Assembly (NCBI GenBank): GCA_018434685.1
Contig: JAHDOV010000003.1
Coordinates: 28,302-92,301 of the forward strand
Source: Deltaproteobacteria bacterium
Lineage (GTDB): Bacteria > Desulfobacterota > Desulfomonilia > UBA1062
Reading direction: 5' to 3'
DNA: 64,000 bases
Shown here piece after piece: positions 47,145 to 56,047 of this stretch. The translations under genes were made by a program, and so were the position numbers. The notes beneath the pieces are model-generated. The model did not search any database. It had not been told where the DNA came from and saw only the letters and a list, made by a program, of their open reading frames with translations. Position 1 is the first letter of the stretch. Every line of letters begins with the position of its first letter.

Positions 47145-47933
47145 ATGAGCAGGACAGGAATCAGCCTGATGTGTCTGGTTATTATGGCCTTTTTCTCCGA
47201 TGCATACCCGGGGAATGAGCAGGTGCTGTTCCGGGAGGAGTTCCAGGATCTCGCCAAGTGGAAAGAGGAGTTTTTCCCGAAGATTCCCAGGCACACCACC
47301 TACAGCATCGGGAACCAGGGTGACCGGTCTTATCTGAAGACGCAGAGCGGGTCTTCCGCATCCCTGCTCATCTATACCGAGACCTTCGATGTCTATGCCT
47401 TTCCCCGGGTGAGATGGAGCTGGAAGATAGACGGCATCATTGAAAACGGCGATGCAAAGACCAGGCAGGGCGATGATTACCCCATCAGGGTATACATTGC
47501 CTTTGAATACGATCCGGACAGGGCGGGTTTCCTCGACCGTACCCGGTATGGGGTCATGAAGGCGCTGTACGGGCAATACCCTCCGCACAGTTCCCTGAAC
47601 TATATCTGGGCGAACCTCCAGCACAAGGAGGATGTCCTGGACAGTCCCTATACCGACAGGAGCCGGATGATCCTCCTGGAAAAGGGTGGGCGTCTCGCCG
47701 GGGTCTGGGTGCAGGAAGACATCGATATCATCAGGGACTATGAGCGGGCATTCGGTGAAAAACCACCTGCACGGGCCACCATCGGCATCATGAACGACTC
47801 GGACAACACCGGCGGAAGCGCAACGTCGTATATCGACTACCTCATGGTGTACCGCGCTTCGGGCGATCTCGACACCCCGGGGGCTGCCTTGGCCTCCCCG
47901 CAGGGGTCCATCCCGGTGCACAGCGAGAATTGA
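47145..47933 (+). CDS. Secreted DUF3047-family protein
   Basis: Signal peptide (start set at MSRTGISLMCLVIMAFF) and the conserved DUF3047-like blocks WSWKI...YPIRVYIAFEYD...LNYIWAN. Confidence 0.6.
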   Translation: MSRTGISLMCLVIMAFFSDAYPGNEQVLFREEFQDLAKWKEEFFPKIPRHTTYSIGNQGDRSYLKTQSGSSASLLIYTETFDVYAFPRVRWSWKIDGIIENGDAKTRQGDDYPIRVYIAFEYDPDRAGFLDRTRYGVMKALYGQYPPHSSLNYIWANLQHKEDVLDSPYTDRSRMILLEKGGRLAGVWVQEDIDIIRDYERAFGEKPPARATIGIMNDSDNTGGSATSYIDYLMVYRASGDLDTPGAALASPQGSIPVHSEN

Positions 47934-48010
47934 AAATGCAATCTTCGTTTGTTGCCTAAGCCCATTAAGTGTGTTAATTCAGAAAAACACAAGGAACAAG
48001 GAGGACAAAA

Positions 48011-48211
48011 ATGTTTGGTCTCGGCCCTACAGAACTGATCATAATTCTGGTAATCGTGCTCGTTATCTTCGGGGCGGGCAAGTTGCCGGAGATAGGCGGT
48101 GCCTTGGGAAAGGGCATCAAGAACTTCAAATCATCCATGACTGACTCATCGGCAGAGGATAAGTCCGTAAAGGGAGATATCGAGGATAAGAGCAAGAAAG
48201 AAGAAAAATAA
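48011..48211 (+). CDS. tatA: Twin-arginine translocase subunit TatA/E
   Basis: N-terminus [29 protein letters not shown] is the canonical TatA TM plus hinge motif. Confidence 0.95.
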   Translation: MFGLGPTELIIILVIVLVIFGAGKLPEIGGALGKGIKNFKSSMTDSSAEDKSVKGDIEDKSKKEEK

Positions 48212-48333
48212 GACGAACTGATGTCAGGGCGCACAGCAGTGCGCCGAGGCATTGGAACCCATCACGTTAACCATTCCCGTTAATAAAAAGATAAAAACTA
48301 TACTGTTATTAACAGGCGTCAGAGAACGGAAAA

Positions 48334-48366
48334 GCCCCCCTCATGGCCATGAGGGGGGCTTTTAGT
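48334..48366. terminator. Bidirectional intrinsic terminator between tatA and ptsN
   Basis: AAAAGCCCCCCTCATGG-CCATGAGGGGGGCTTTT: a perfect GC stem flanked by A-run and T-run. Confidence 0.8.
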
Positions 48367-48371
48367 CATTT

Positions 48372-48836
48372 CTATTCATCCAGGTGTTTATCGTATTCCA
48401 GCAGGACATCGTAGAGTTCCTGCGGAGAATTCGTATGCATGAGGCTTTCCCGCAGGGCAGGGTTTTTCAGGAGCATGGAGGCCCGTGCCAGCGCCTTTAA
48501 GTGACCGCTTACCGAGTTGCTCGGTGCCACCAGGAGAAAGAATATGTGGCACGGCTTCCCGTCGAGGGCGTCGAACTTGAGCCCCTGGATGTTCTTGCCC
48601 ACTGCAGCCGCTATGTTCTTGAGCCCGGCTATCTTGCCGTGGGGTATTGCAACTCCTTCACCGATGCCGGTCGACCCGAGCTTTTCTCTGTTCAGCAGGA
48701 CACTGACCATGTCTTCGAGATTCACGTCATATGCCTGGGCAATGGGCCGAGCCATCTCCGTCAGGATATCCTTCTTTGTCTGGGCCTGAATGTCGGAGAT
48801 GACACAGTCGGGGGTGAGTATGTCTCCGATCTTCAT
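48372..48836 (-). CDS. ptsN: PTS IIA-like nitrogen-regulatory protein (EIIA-Ntr)
   Basis: EIIA-2 fold with the phospho-His region GEGVAIPHGK. Located 3' of rpoN-hpf as in the canonical cluster. Confidence 0.9.
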   Translation of the reverse strand: MKIGDILTPDCVISDIQAQTKKDILTEMARPIAQAYDVNLEDMVSVLLNREKLGSTGIGEGVAIPHGKIAGLKNIAAAVGKNIQGLKFDALDGKPCHIFFLLVAPSNSVSGHLKALARASMLLKNPALRESLMHTNSPQELYDVLLEYDKHLDE

Positions 48837-49357
48837 ATCAGTGGCTCAACCAATCCGAGGTCCCCGTCCTGTCTCTTGTAAATGAGGTTGATCTGGTTTG
48901 AGGTGGTGTTCTGGAAGATGATAAAGTCATGGGGGGTCATCTCCATCTGCAGAACGGCCTCTTCCACGCTCATGGGCTTCACGAAGTAATCCCGCTCATA
49001 CACGATCCGCGGCTGGCCGGCCTCAACGCCCTCGGTACCTTCACCTTCGAAGATCGCCTTGGTCTGCCCCTTCTTGCCCTGGAGCTTCTCCTTGTGCTTT
49101 TTGATCTGGCGTTCCAGTTTGTCTATGACCATATCGATGGCCGAATACATGTCTTCAGTTATTTCAACGGCATTTATGAGCACCCCATCGGCGTTCACGG
49201 TGACATCTGCCTTGTGTCGGCGCTTCTCCACCGAAAGAACCACATGAACCTCGGTGGGCCTGTCCAGGTATTTGTCGAGTTTGGATAACCTTTTTGACGA
49301 ATAATCCCTCAAGGCATCTGAAGAATCTATGTTTTTAAAGGTAATGTCTGTCTGCAT
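48833..49357 (-). CDS. hpf: Ribosome hibernation-promoting factor (long form)
   Basis: N-terminal YfiA domain MQTDITFKN...ALRDY plus a C-terminal dimerisation domain. Confidence 0.9.
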   Translation of the reverse strand: MQTDITFKNIDSSDALRDYSSKRLSKLDKYLDRPTEVHVVLSVEKRRHKADVTVNADGVLINAVEITEDMYSAIDMVIDKLERQIKKHKEKLQGKKGQTKAIFEGEGTEGVEAGQPRIVYERDYFVKPMSVEEAVLQMEMTPHDFIIFQNTTSNQINLIYKRQDGDLGLVEPLI

Positions 49358-49381
49358 AAAGCCTCCTCTCTTGATTAAGGG

Positions 49382-50764
49382 TCAATAGTGTTTTTTCCTT
49401 CTGTTGGAAGGAACTATACCGAGGATCTCCCTGTACTTCGCCACGGTTCGCCGTGCTATTTTCACCCCTTTACTCTTGAGTTTGTGAGCAATTGCCTGAT
49501 CGCTGAGCGGGTGTTTCGGATCTTCCGACTTGATAATGCCTTCAATCTCATTCTTGACGCTCTGTGATGCCACGAAACTCCCGTCACTCTTGGATATGCC
49601 GCTGTTAAAAAAGTACTTGAGCTCGAATGTGCCCTGGGGAGTGTGAACATACTTATTAGATGTAACGCGGCTTATGGTGGATTCATGCATGCCGACATCG
49701 TCTGCCACATCCCTGAGGACAAGGGGTTTCAGGTGGGTTATCCCGTGCCTGAAAAAATCCGTCTGGAACTTCACGATACTCTCGGTCACCTTGCACAGGG
49801 TGTTCTGGCGCTGCTGGATGCTTTTCAGCAGCCAGTGGGCATTTTTCAGACAGTCGGACAGGTAGTCCTTTGCAATCTTGCCCGTCGCGCTGCCGCTCAT
49901 CATGGTCTGGTATTCCTTGTTGAGCTGCAGGATAGGGAGATCCTCTTCATTGAGGAGCACGACAAATTCTCCCTCCATGTTCACGACATAGATATCCGGT
50001 ACGACATATTGGGGTGGTTCATCACTGTAGTCCCGCGCAGGCCGCGGTTCCATGTTGACGATGATCCGGGATGCCTGGGACACATCGTCCACGGAGACGT
50101 CCAGTTCGTGGGCGATCTTGTCGAAGTTCTTTGTCTGGAGGTCTTCGAGGTGGGTATCGATTATTCTCCACACCAGGGTATCCTCGAGATCGAGGAGTCT
50201 GGCCTGGATTCGGAGACAATCCTTGAGATCCTTTGCAGCGATTCCCGTGGGATCGAACTGCTGTATCTTGCCCAGGGTGCATTCCACCACCGGCTGGGGA
50301 TAGCCCGTGGCCTCGCAGATGGTATCGGTCGTCACGCCGAGGTAGCCGCTGTGGTCCAGGTTCCCGATGATGAAGATCCCCACCTCCCGCTCTTCTTCGC
50401 TGAAGTCGTTCATCCGGATCTGCCAGAGGAGGTGCTCCACGAGCCCTTCCTGCCTGGTGGCAGTCGCTTCCAGGGTGGGCCGCTCGTCGTCTTCATAGTA
50501 CGGGACATTATCCTGCCCGTAGGTTTCGAGGTATGCGTCCCATTTCCACTTGAGCTGCTCCTGGGCCTGTGGATCCTGCTGTGCCGGGGCATCACGCAGT
50601 GTCGAGGCATCGACGTCGAGCAGGGGGTTTGACTGGAGTTCTTCGGTGATGTACTCTTTGAGCTCGAGCCTCGAGAGCTGAAGGAGCTTGATGGCCTGCT
50701 GGAGTTGAGGGGTCATGATAAGCTGTTGAGACAGCTTCAGATGTTGTTTAAGCTCCAATGCCAT
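49382..50764 (-). CDS. rpoN: RNA polymerase sigma-54 factor
   Basis: N-terminal Gln/Leu-rich region I and the C-terminal RpoN box ARRTVAKYRE. Confidence 0.95.
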   Translation of the reverse strand: MALELKQHLKLSQQLIMTPQLQQAIKLLQLSRLELKEYITEELQSNPLLDVDASTLRDAPAQQDPQAQEQLKWKWDAYLETYGQDNVPYYEDDERPTLEATATRQEGLVEHLLWQIRMNDFSEEEREVGIFIIGNLDHSGYLGVTTDTICEATGYPQPVVECTLGKIQQFDPTGIAAKDLKDCLRIQARLLDLEDTLVWRIIDTHLEDLQTKNFDKIAHELDVSVDDVSQASRIIVNMEPRPARDYSDEPPQYVVPDIYVVNMEGEFVVLLNEEDLPILQLNKEYQTMMSGSATGKIAKDYLSDCLKNAHWLLKSIQQRQNTLCKVTESIVKFQTDFFRHGITHLKPLVLRDVADDVGMHESTISRVTSNKYVHTPQGTFELKYFFNSGISKSDGSFVASQSVKNEIEGIIKSEDPKHPLSDQAIAHKLKSKGVKIARRTVAKYREILGIVPSNRRKKHY

Positions 50765-50776
50765 GGCCTGCTCCTC

Positions 50777-51508
50777 TTAGTTTAGAACGAAATCTTTTCC
50801 CACGTATATTCGTTTCACCTGATCGTTCGCAATCACCTTTTCGGGTGTTCCTTCCTCTATGACGACGCCCTGGTGGATGATATATGCCCGGTCACATATC
50901 TTCAGGGTTTCTTTCACATTATGATCGGTAATAATGACACCAATTTCCTTTTTTTTCAAGTTCACGATCATGTCCTGGATATCTTTCACTGTTATGGGGT
51001 CGATGCCGGCAAAAGGCTCATCGAGGAGTAAATACAGGGGATTGAGCGCCATTGCCCGCGCGATTTCAACCCTGCGCCGTTCCCCGCCCGACAGCGATAC
51101 CCCCTTGTTCTTCCTCACGTGTTCGAGCCCGAATCCGGCTATGATCTCATCGAGCTCCAGGGCGAGGTCGCGGCCCCTGAGCCCCTTTGCCTCGAGCGGA
51201 ACGGAGATGTTCTCCTCCACGCTCAATCCGCGGAAGACAGAAGGCTCCTGCGGAAGATAACTGATACCCCTGGTGGCCCTGCCGGCGAGGTCCAGGTCGG
51301 TGATATCCTCCTGGCCGAGGGATACCGTGCCCCTGTCGGGCCGGATAAGGCCGACAATGATATAGAACGTGGTGGTCTTGCCCGCGCCGTTCGGGCCCAA
51401 GAGCCCGATGATCTCTCCCTGAGAGCATGCGAGATCGAGGCCCTTTATGATGCGGGCCTTTCCGAAGCTCTTCTCGAGGCCGATGGCGGTGAGTCTCACT
51501 TCTCCCAT
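50777..51508 (-). CDS. lptB: LPS export ABC transporter ATP-binding protein
   Basis: Walker A GPNGAGKTT, signature LSGGERRR and Walker B LLLDEP. Start set at MGEVRL; the ORF-track extension overlaps lptA. Confidence 0.92.
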   Translation of the reverse strand: MGEVRLTAIGLEKSFGKARIIKGLDLACSQGEIIGLLGPNGAGKTTTFYIIVGLIRPDRGTVSLGQEDITDLDLAGRATRGISYLPQEPSVFRGLSVEENISVPLEAKGLRGRDLALELDEIIAGFGLEHVRKNKGVSLSGGERRRVEIARAMALNPLYLLLDEPFAGIDPITVKDIQDMIVNLKKKEIGVIITDHNVKETLKICDRAYIIHQGVVIEEGTPEKVIANDQVKRIYVGKDFVLN

Positions 51509-52002
51509 TGCAGGATTCCCGATTCCTCTTGCGTATTCACCCGGATCTTGACCCGGCCGCCCTGTCCTTCCACCACCTGCCGGTCCGAGGCCATATCTAT
51601 GGTGACCTTCTGTCCGGAGAGCCTTTCCTGGCCTTTCGTTATGACGACGTCTCCCATGAGTTCCATGAGGTTGCGGTCGAGCCGGTAGACCGCCTTGTTG
51701 CACGAGGCCTCCTTGTCCTGCCAGAGGACGTACACGTTTTTCTCGGCAATCAAGGAGGTCACCTTCTGGGTCTTGTTGTCATAGAAGAGGGTGAGGGTCT
51801 CGCCCTTGACGAGGATGTCTCCTCTCGTGGCCTTCACATTCCCCTGAAATACCGCCTGCCCGTCGATCGTGCTCACATCCAGTCTGTCAGCCTCTATTTC
51901 AACCATATCGGACAGGCCGGTGAGGTCCTTGAGCTGCTCCCCGTAGCCATACGACGGGGCAAGCAGGCTAATTATAAAGAATATCTTGAGTAATCTTCGC
52001 AT
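51496..52002 (-). CDS. lptA: LPS transport periplasmic protein LptA (OstA-N family)
   Basis: Signal peptide, beta-jellyroll OstA-like repeats, in the lptC-lptA-lptB order. Confidence 0.85.
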   Translation of the reverse strand: MRRLLKIFFIISLLAPSYGYGEQLKDLTGLSDMVEIEADRLDVSTIDGQAVFQGNVKATRGDILVKGETLTLFYDNKTQKVTSLIAEKNVYVLWQDKEASCNKAVYRLDRNLMELMGDVVITKGQERLSGQKVTIDMASDRQVVEGQGGRVKIRVNTQEESGILQWEK

Positions 52003-52492
52003 GTACGCCGCCTAGAAACCGTATCCGGGTAAAGTCGTCGTGAAATTCGGCCCGGTCTGCCCTGATGGTTCCCTCGATTCCCTCCACCACGACGGGATTG
52101 TCCGTGGTCGCTACCTGTGACTGACGGTCCCAGACAAGTCCGTTCAGCAGGGCCTTTCTTCCGTCTTTTGTATCGATGGTAACCGGTCCCGTTACCGTGA
52201 GGATGGAGCTGTCGGTATCATACCTGGCCTGATTGCCTGACACGAGCAGGCCGTCTGACTGGGAGATCCTGAAGTCGTCGAGGGAGATGAGCCTGTCCGT
52301 ATGCTCGACAATGCTCTGGGCCTGGATGCGCGTTGAAACGTCCGAATCGGGTTTTTGTTCGAACATGGTGATCTGCCGTGCAGATCGAAGGATTGGTTCA
52401 GCCTGTGTCGTTTCTGCCGTATCCTCCCTCTCTGTAAATATAATACCCAGGAGAACGATAATGACAATAGGCACGAGCCACTTAACCCACAT
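51968..52492 (-). CDS. lptC: LPS export protein LptC
   Basis: N-terminal TM anchor plus a periplasmic domain, immediately downstream of kdsC. Confidence 0.8.
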   Translation of the reverse strand: MWVKWLVPIVIIVLLGIIFTEREDTAETTQAEPILRSARQITMFEQKPDSDVSTRIQAQSIVEHTDRLISLDDFRISQSDGLLVSGNQARYDTDSSILTVTGPVTIDTKDGRKALLNGLVWDRQSQVATTDNPVVVEGIEGTIRADRAEFHDDFTRIRFLGGVHAKITQDILYN

Positions 52493-52985
52493 AGCGTTCC
52501 ATGACCGTGTCGAACAGGCCGAGGCGTTTCAGGATGATCTCCACGGCCTCCCGTACCGCACCGTGGCCTCCGGGAAGCTTCGTCACCACGTCAGCCTTCT
52601 GTTGTACCAGTTCCATGGCGTCGGCAGGGGCAATCCGCATGCCGCACAGGGCCATGGGGGGGAGGTCGACCACGTCGTCGCCCATGTAGGCCATCTCCCC
52701 GGGATCGATCCCGATGGTTCGGGCAAGCTCGAGCAGGGCCGACTTCTTGTCCTTTGCGCCCTGAATGACATGCTCGATGCCCAGGTCCTTCACCCGGTGT
52801 TCAAGGGCCCGGGAGAATCTCCCCGTTATGATGGCCACCGTGATCCCGGCGCGCATGAGGAGTTTCAAGCCATGACCGTCTTTGCTGTTGAATGCCTTCA
52901 TCTCCTGGCCATCGTCGGTAAAATAGATCCTCGAGTCGGTGAGAACGCCGTCCACATCGAGCACCAGGCATTTTATGTCTTTCAT
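52482..52985 (-). CDS. kdsC: 3-deoxy-D-manno-octulosonate 8-phosphate phosphatase
   Basis: HAD motif LVLDVDGVLTD and KdsC-like length. Confidence 0.9.
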   Translation of the reverse strand: MKDIKCLVLDVDGVLTDSRIYFTDDGQEMKAFNSKDGHGLKLLMRAGITVAIITGRFSRALEHRVKDLGIEHVIQGAKDKKSALLELARTIGIDPGEMAYMGDDVVDLPPMALCGMRIAPADAMELVQQKADVVTKLPGGHGAVREAVEIILKRLGLFDTVMERYVG

Positions 52986-53797
52986 ACGATCGCCTTGTGA
53001 ATCTGCAGCACCTGCTTCAGCAGCGGTTCCAGATCGCCAAGAGGCAGGGAATTCGGCCCGTCGCTCTTGGCCTGCTCTGGGTGATCATGGACCTCCAGGA
53101 AGAGAACGTCCACGCCGAAGGCCACCCCTGCGCGTGCCAGGGGGGCGATAAACTCCCTGTTCCCACTCGAAGAGGTGCCCTTGCCGCCAGGCAGCTGGAG
53201 GGAGTGGGTCACATCGAGAACGACCGGTTTGTTCAGGCCCCGGAGGAACCCGAGGCTTCTCAGATCGCAGACCAGGTTGTTGTATCCGAACGAGGACCCG
53301 CGCTCGGTGAGCAGGATCCTGGTATTGCCGGTTGTCTCGATCTTCCTGACGGCATGCGCCATATCCCAGGGCGCCAGGAACTGTCCTTTCTTGACATTGA
53401 CCGGCTTTCCGGTCTCCCCTGCCGCCACGAGAAGGTCTGTCTGCCGGCACAGGAAGGCCGGGATCTGGATGATGTCCACGACCTGTGCGGCTTTGGAGGC
53501 CTGACGGGGCTCGTGGATGTCGGTGGTCACCGCTATGCCGAGATCCTGTTTTATCTCTGAGAGGATATCGAGCCCCTCTTCGATTCCCGGGCCCCGGTAT
53601 GATTCCACCGAAGTGCGGTTTGCCTTGTCGAAGGAGGCCTTGAAGATCAAGGGGATACCTGTTCTCCTGGTGATCTCCGCAAGGCTTCTGGCCATGAACC
53701 GGGTATGATCCCTGGACTCTATGACGCACGGACCTGCGATCAGAACAAGATCACCGTCCCCGATGGTGATATTCCCGACATGTACTGGATCCATCAT
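52982..53797 (-). CDS. kdsA: 2-dehydro-3-deoxyphosphooctonate aldolase (KDO8P synthase)
   Basis: LIAGPCVIES and KASFDKANRTS are KdsA signatures. Confidence 0.93.
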   Translation of the reverse strand: MMDPVHVGNITIGDGDLVLIAGPCVIESRDHTRFMARSLAEITRRTGIPLIFKASFDKANRTSVESYRGPGIEEGLDILSEIKQDLGIAVTTDIHEPRQASKAAQVVDIIQIPAFLCRQTDLLVAAGETGKPVNVKKGQFLAPWDMAHAVRKIETTGNTRILLTERGSSFGYNNLVCDLRSLGFLRGLNKPVVLDVTHSLQLPGGKGTSSSGNREFIAPLARAGVAFGVDVLFLEVHDHPEQAKSDGPNSLPLGDLEPLLKQVLQIHKAIV

Positions 53798-54136
53798 TCC
53801 CCACCGTTCAGCCCTCGCAGCTGGTAGTTTTCAAAAAAACCGTCCCGGATGACGGCAGCGTGCCGCTGGGGCACCAATCATTCATGGTTCTGCCTGTGAA
53901 TTATCCTTAGCCCATGCCGGATAGGGGTGTCAAGCAGGTATACCGGTGGGAAGCCTGCTGTGTGCACAGAGGAAATACCCGGGGTGTCTTCGGGCACACC
54001 TGCCGGAACCCGCCTGCCTAACTCTCTGTGGCGACACATCCTTTTTTCAGGAAGGCAGCGGGTCCCTGCGACGATCTCAGCGCTTGACTTATGAGTAAAA
54101 AGCGGGTTAGTTCTCATAAAAATGGAGGAGGTCTCT

Positions 54137-54571
54137 ATGGCGGGATCAGTAAACAAGGTTATCTTAATCGGTCGGCTAGGGAAAGATCCTGAGATGAGAT
54201 TCACCCCAAACGGCAAGGCAGTGACAAATTTCACCATGGCCACCAACGAGATCTGGTCGGATCAGAGCGGCGAGCGGCAGGAACGCACGGAGTGGCACAG
54301 AGTCGTCGCATGGGGAAAGCTCGCAGAGAATTGCGCCAAGCTGCTTTCCAAGGGGAAACAGGTGTATGTCGAGGGAAGGATACAGACCCGCTCGTGGGAT
54401 GACCGGGACGGAAACAAGCGGTACACCACCGAGATCGTGGCGAACACCATGCAGCTTCTCACCCCGTCCGAGGGTAATGCGGGTCGGTTCTCGGACAGCC
54501 CGGAAGACCCCGGATACCCACAGAACGACAACAACCCCGAAGCCCAGGGATTTGACGATATCCCCTTCTAG
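54137..54571 (+). CDS. ssb: Single-stranded DNA-binding protein
   Basis: OB fold [16 protein letters not shown]...[14 protein letters not shown] and the acidic C-terminal tail DDIPF. Start after the GGAGG RBS. Confidence 0.95.
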   Translation: MAGSVNKVILIGRLGKDPEMRFTPNGKAVTNFTMATNEIWSDQSGERQERTEWHRVVAWGKLAENCAKLLSKGKQVYVEGRIQTRSWDDRDGNKRYTTEIVANTMQLLTPSEGNAGRFSDSPEDPGYPQNDNNPEAQGFDDIPF

Positions 54572-54581
54572 GTAAACCGGT

Positions 54582-55742
54582 TCAGGCGGAGATTTCCGAC
54601 ATGACCCGGAGCAATCCGGGTTCACACGCCTGGATGCTCCGCTCGTCTATGCAGTAGGCAAACCGCACATACCCCGCATAGCCGAACCCCCTTCCCGGGA
54701 CAGCCAGGATCTTTTCCTTGACCAGGGCGGTGCAGAATGCCACGTCGTCGGGCAGGGGCGATTTCACGAAGAGGTAGAAGGTGCCCTCGGGGGGGACGTA
54801 GGAAAGGCCCGCCCGGTCGAGGATGCCCATGAGAAGGTCCCGTTTCCGCTTATAGGCGGCTATGTCGACGCACCGGTCAATGCACCTCGCGAACACCTTC
54901 TGCATCAGTGCGGGCGCATTCACGAAACCGAGGATCCTCGTTGCCAGGACGAGGGCCCCGCACAGCTCCTTTTTGCCCGGTATGCCGGGGTTTACGGCGA
55001 TGTAGCCGATTCTCTGGCCCGCAAGGGAGAGCTCCTTCGATGCAGAGGTAACCACGACGGAATTGGGGATGATCTTCAACACCGAGGGCACCTCGACCCC
55101 GTCATACACGAGCCTCCGGTAGGGTTCATCCGAGATCACGAGAATCCCGGGGTGGTCCTTGAGCACGTCGCGCAGCATGGCGAGGGTCTTTTCGGGATAC
55201 ACCCTGCCCGTGGGATTGTTCGGGGAATTGATGATGATGGCCTTGGTGCGGCTCGTGATGGCGCGGCGCAGGCTCTGTTCATCCGGGAGAAAGTCCTCGC
55301 CGCAGGGTGCGGTCACCAGGGTTCCCCCGTGATTGCCCACGTAGAACCCGTATTCCACAAAGTAGGGAGGGATCGCGATGATCTCGTCGCCCGGGTCTAA
55401 GATGGCCTTGAGCACCACATTGAGACCGCCCCCGGCGCCGCAGGACATGATGATGTCGTCTGCGCCGAGATCGACCTCGTAGGTTCCGGACCCGTGCGAT
55501 GCTATGGTTTCGCGGACATCTGTGTAGCCGGCATTGGGCATGTAGCCATGATTCATGCTCAGGCAGAGCTCGGACATGGTCTCCAGGACATCCTCTGGCG
55601 GCGGGATGTCGGGGTTTCCGAGGCTGAAGTCAAATACGTTGTCAGCCCCGTAGAGGGCCTTGAGCCTGGCACCCTCTTCGAACATCCTGCGAATCCACGA
55701 AGAAGTCTCCATGTACCGGGTCATTCTCTCTGAAACGATCAT
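54582..55742 (-). CDS. Class I/II PLP-dependent aminotransferase (AlaA/AspC-like)
   Basis: PLP-Lys region SASKELSLAGQRIGY, the N-terminal substrate-binding region FSLGNP, and ~380 aa. Confidence 0.85.
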   Translation of the reverse strand: MIVSERMTRYMETSSWIRRMFEEGARLKALYGADNVFDFSLGNPDIPPPEDVLETMSELCLSMNHGYMPNAGYTDVRETIASHGSGTYEVDLGADDIIMSCGAGGGLNVVLKAILDPGDEIIAIPPYFVEYGFYVGNHGGTLVTAPCGEDFLPDEQSLRRAITSRTKAIIINSPNNPTGRVYPEKTLAMLRDVLKDHPGILVISDEPYRRLVYDGVEVPSVLKIIPNSVVVTSASKELSLAGQRIGYIAVNPGIPGKKELCGALVLATRILGFVNAPALMQKVFARCIDRCVDIAAYKRKRDLLMGILDRAGLSYVPPEGTFYLFVKSPLPDDVAFCTALVKEKILAVPGRGFGYAGYVRFAYCIDERSIQACEPGLLRVMSEISA

Positions 55743-56047
55743 TCGTGCCTCCCATGCTGTCGGTGGTCCGCACTATAGCAACGGGGCATGCTTTTGTACA
55801 GAAAATCTCATGCACCGAAAAGGGAATACCGATGGGGAGGGTATGCGCGAACAGAGCCGGAAAGGACCGGGGGCAGCGGTGCGGCGGCAGGTCGCCGGCT
55901 CGGCGTTGCGTGCGGGTCATCTCCCGACGCGCAGGGCCATTTTGTTCGTTGTGAGGTCCCTCATAAGATGGTAACGTGCCGGCACAGGAAACAGGCACCA
56001 TGGTCCAACCAAGGACGGCAGCGATAATTTCGGAAGGATAAGTCAGG

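Noticed and set aside
48212-48260. Additional small hairpin GGCGCAC-agcag-GTGCGCC downstream of tatA
   Set aside because: It is short, has no U-tract, and the strong canonical terminator lies 80 nt further at 48334-48366. It is probably incidental.
50777-51703. Long N-terminal extensions in ORF-track models of lptB (308 aa), glpB (501 aa), glpC (435 aa), thiolase (446 aa) and rtcB (533 aa)
   Set aside because: The extensions are Arg/Pro/His-rich, overlap the upstream gene, and precede a Met that aligns with the family N-terminus and sits at an ATGA or RBS-supported junction. Starts were trimmed accordingly.
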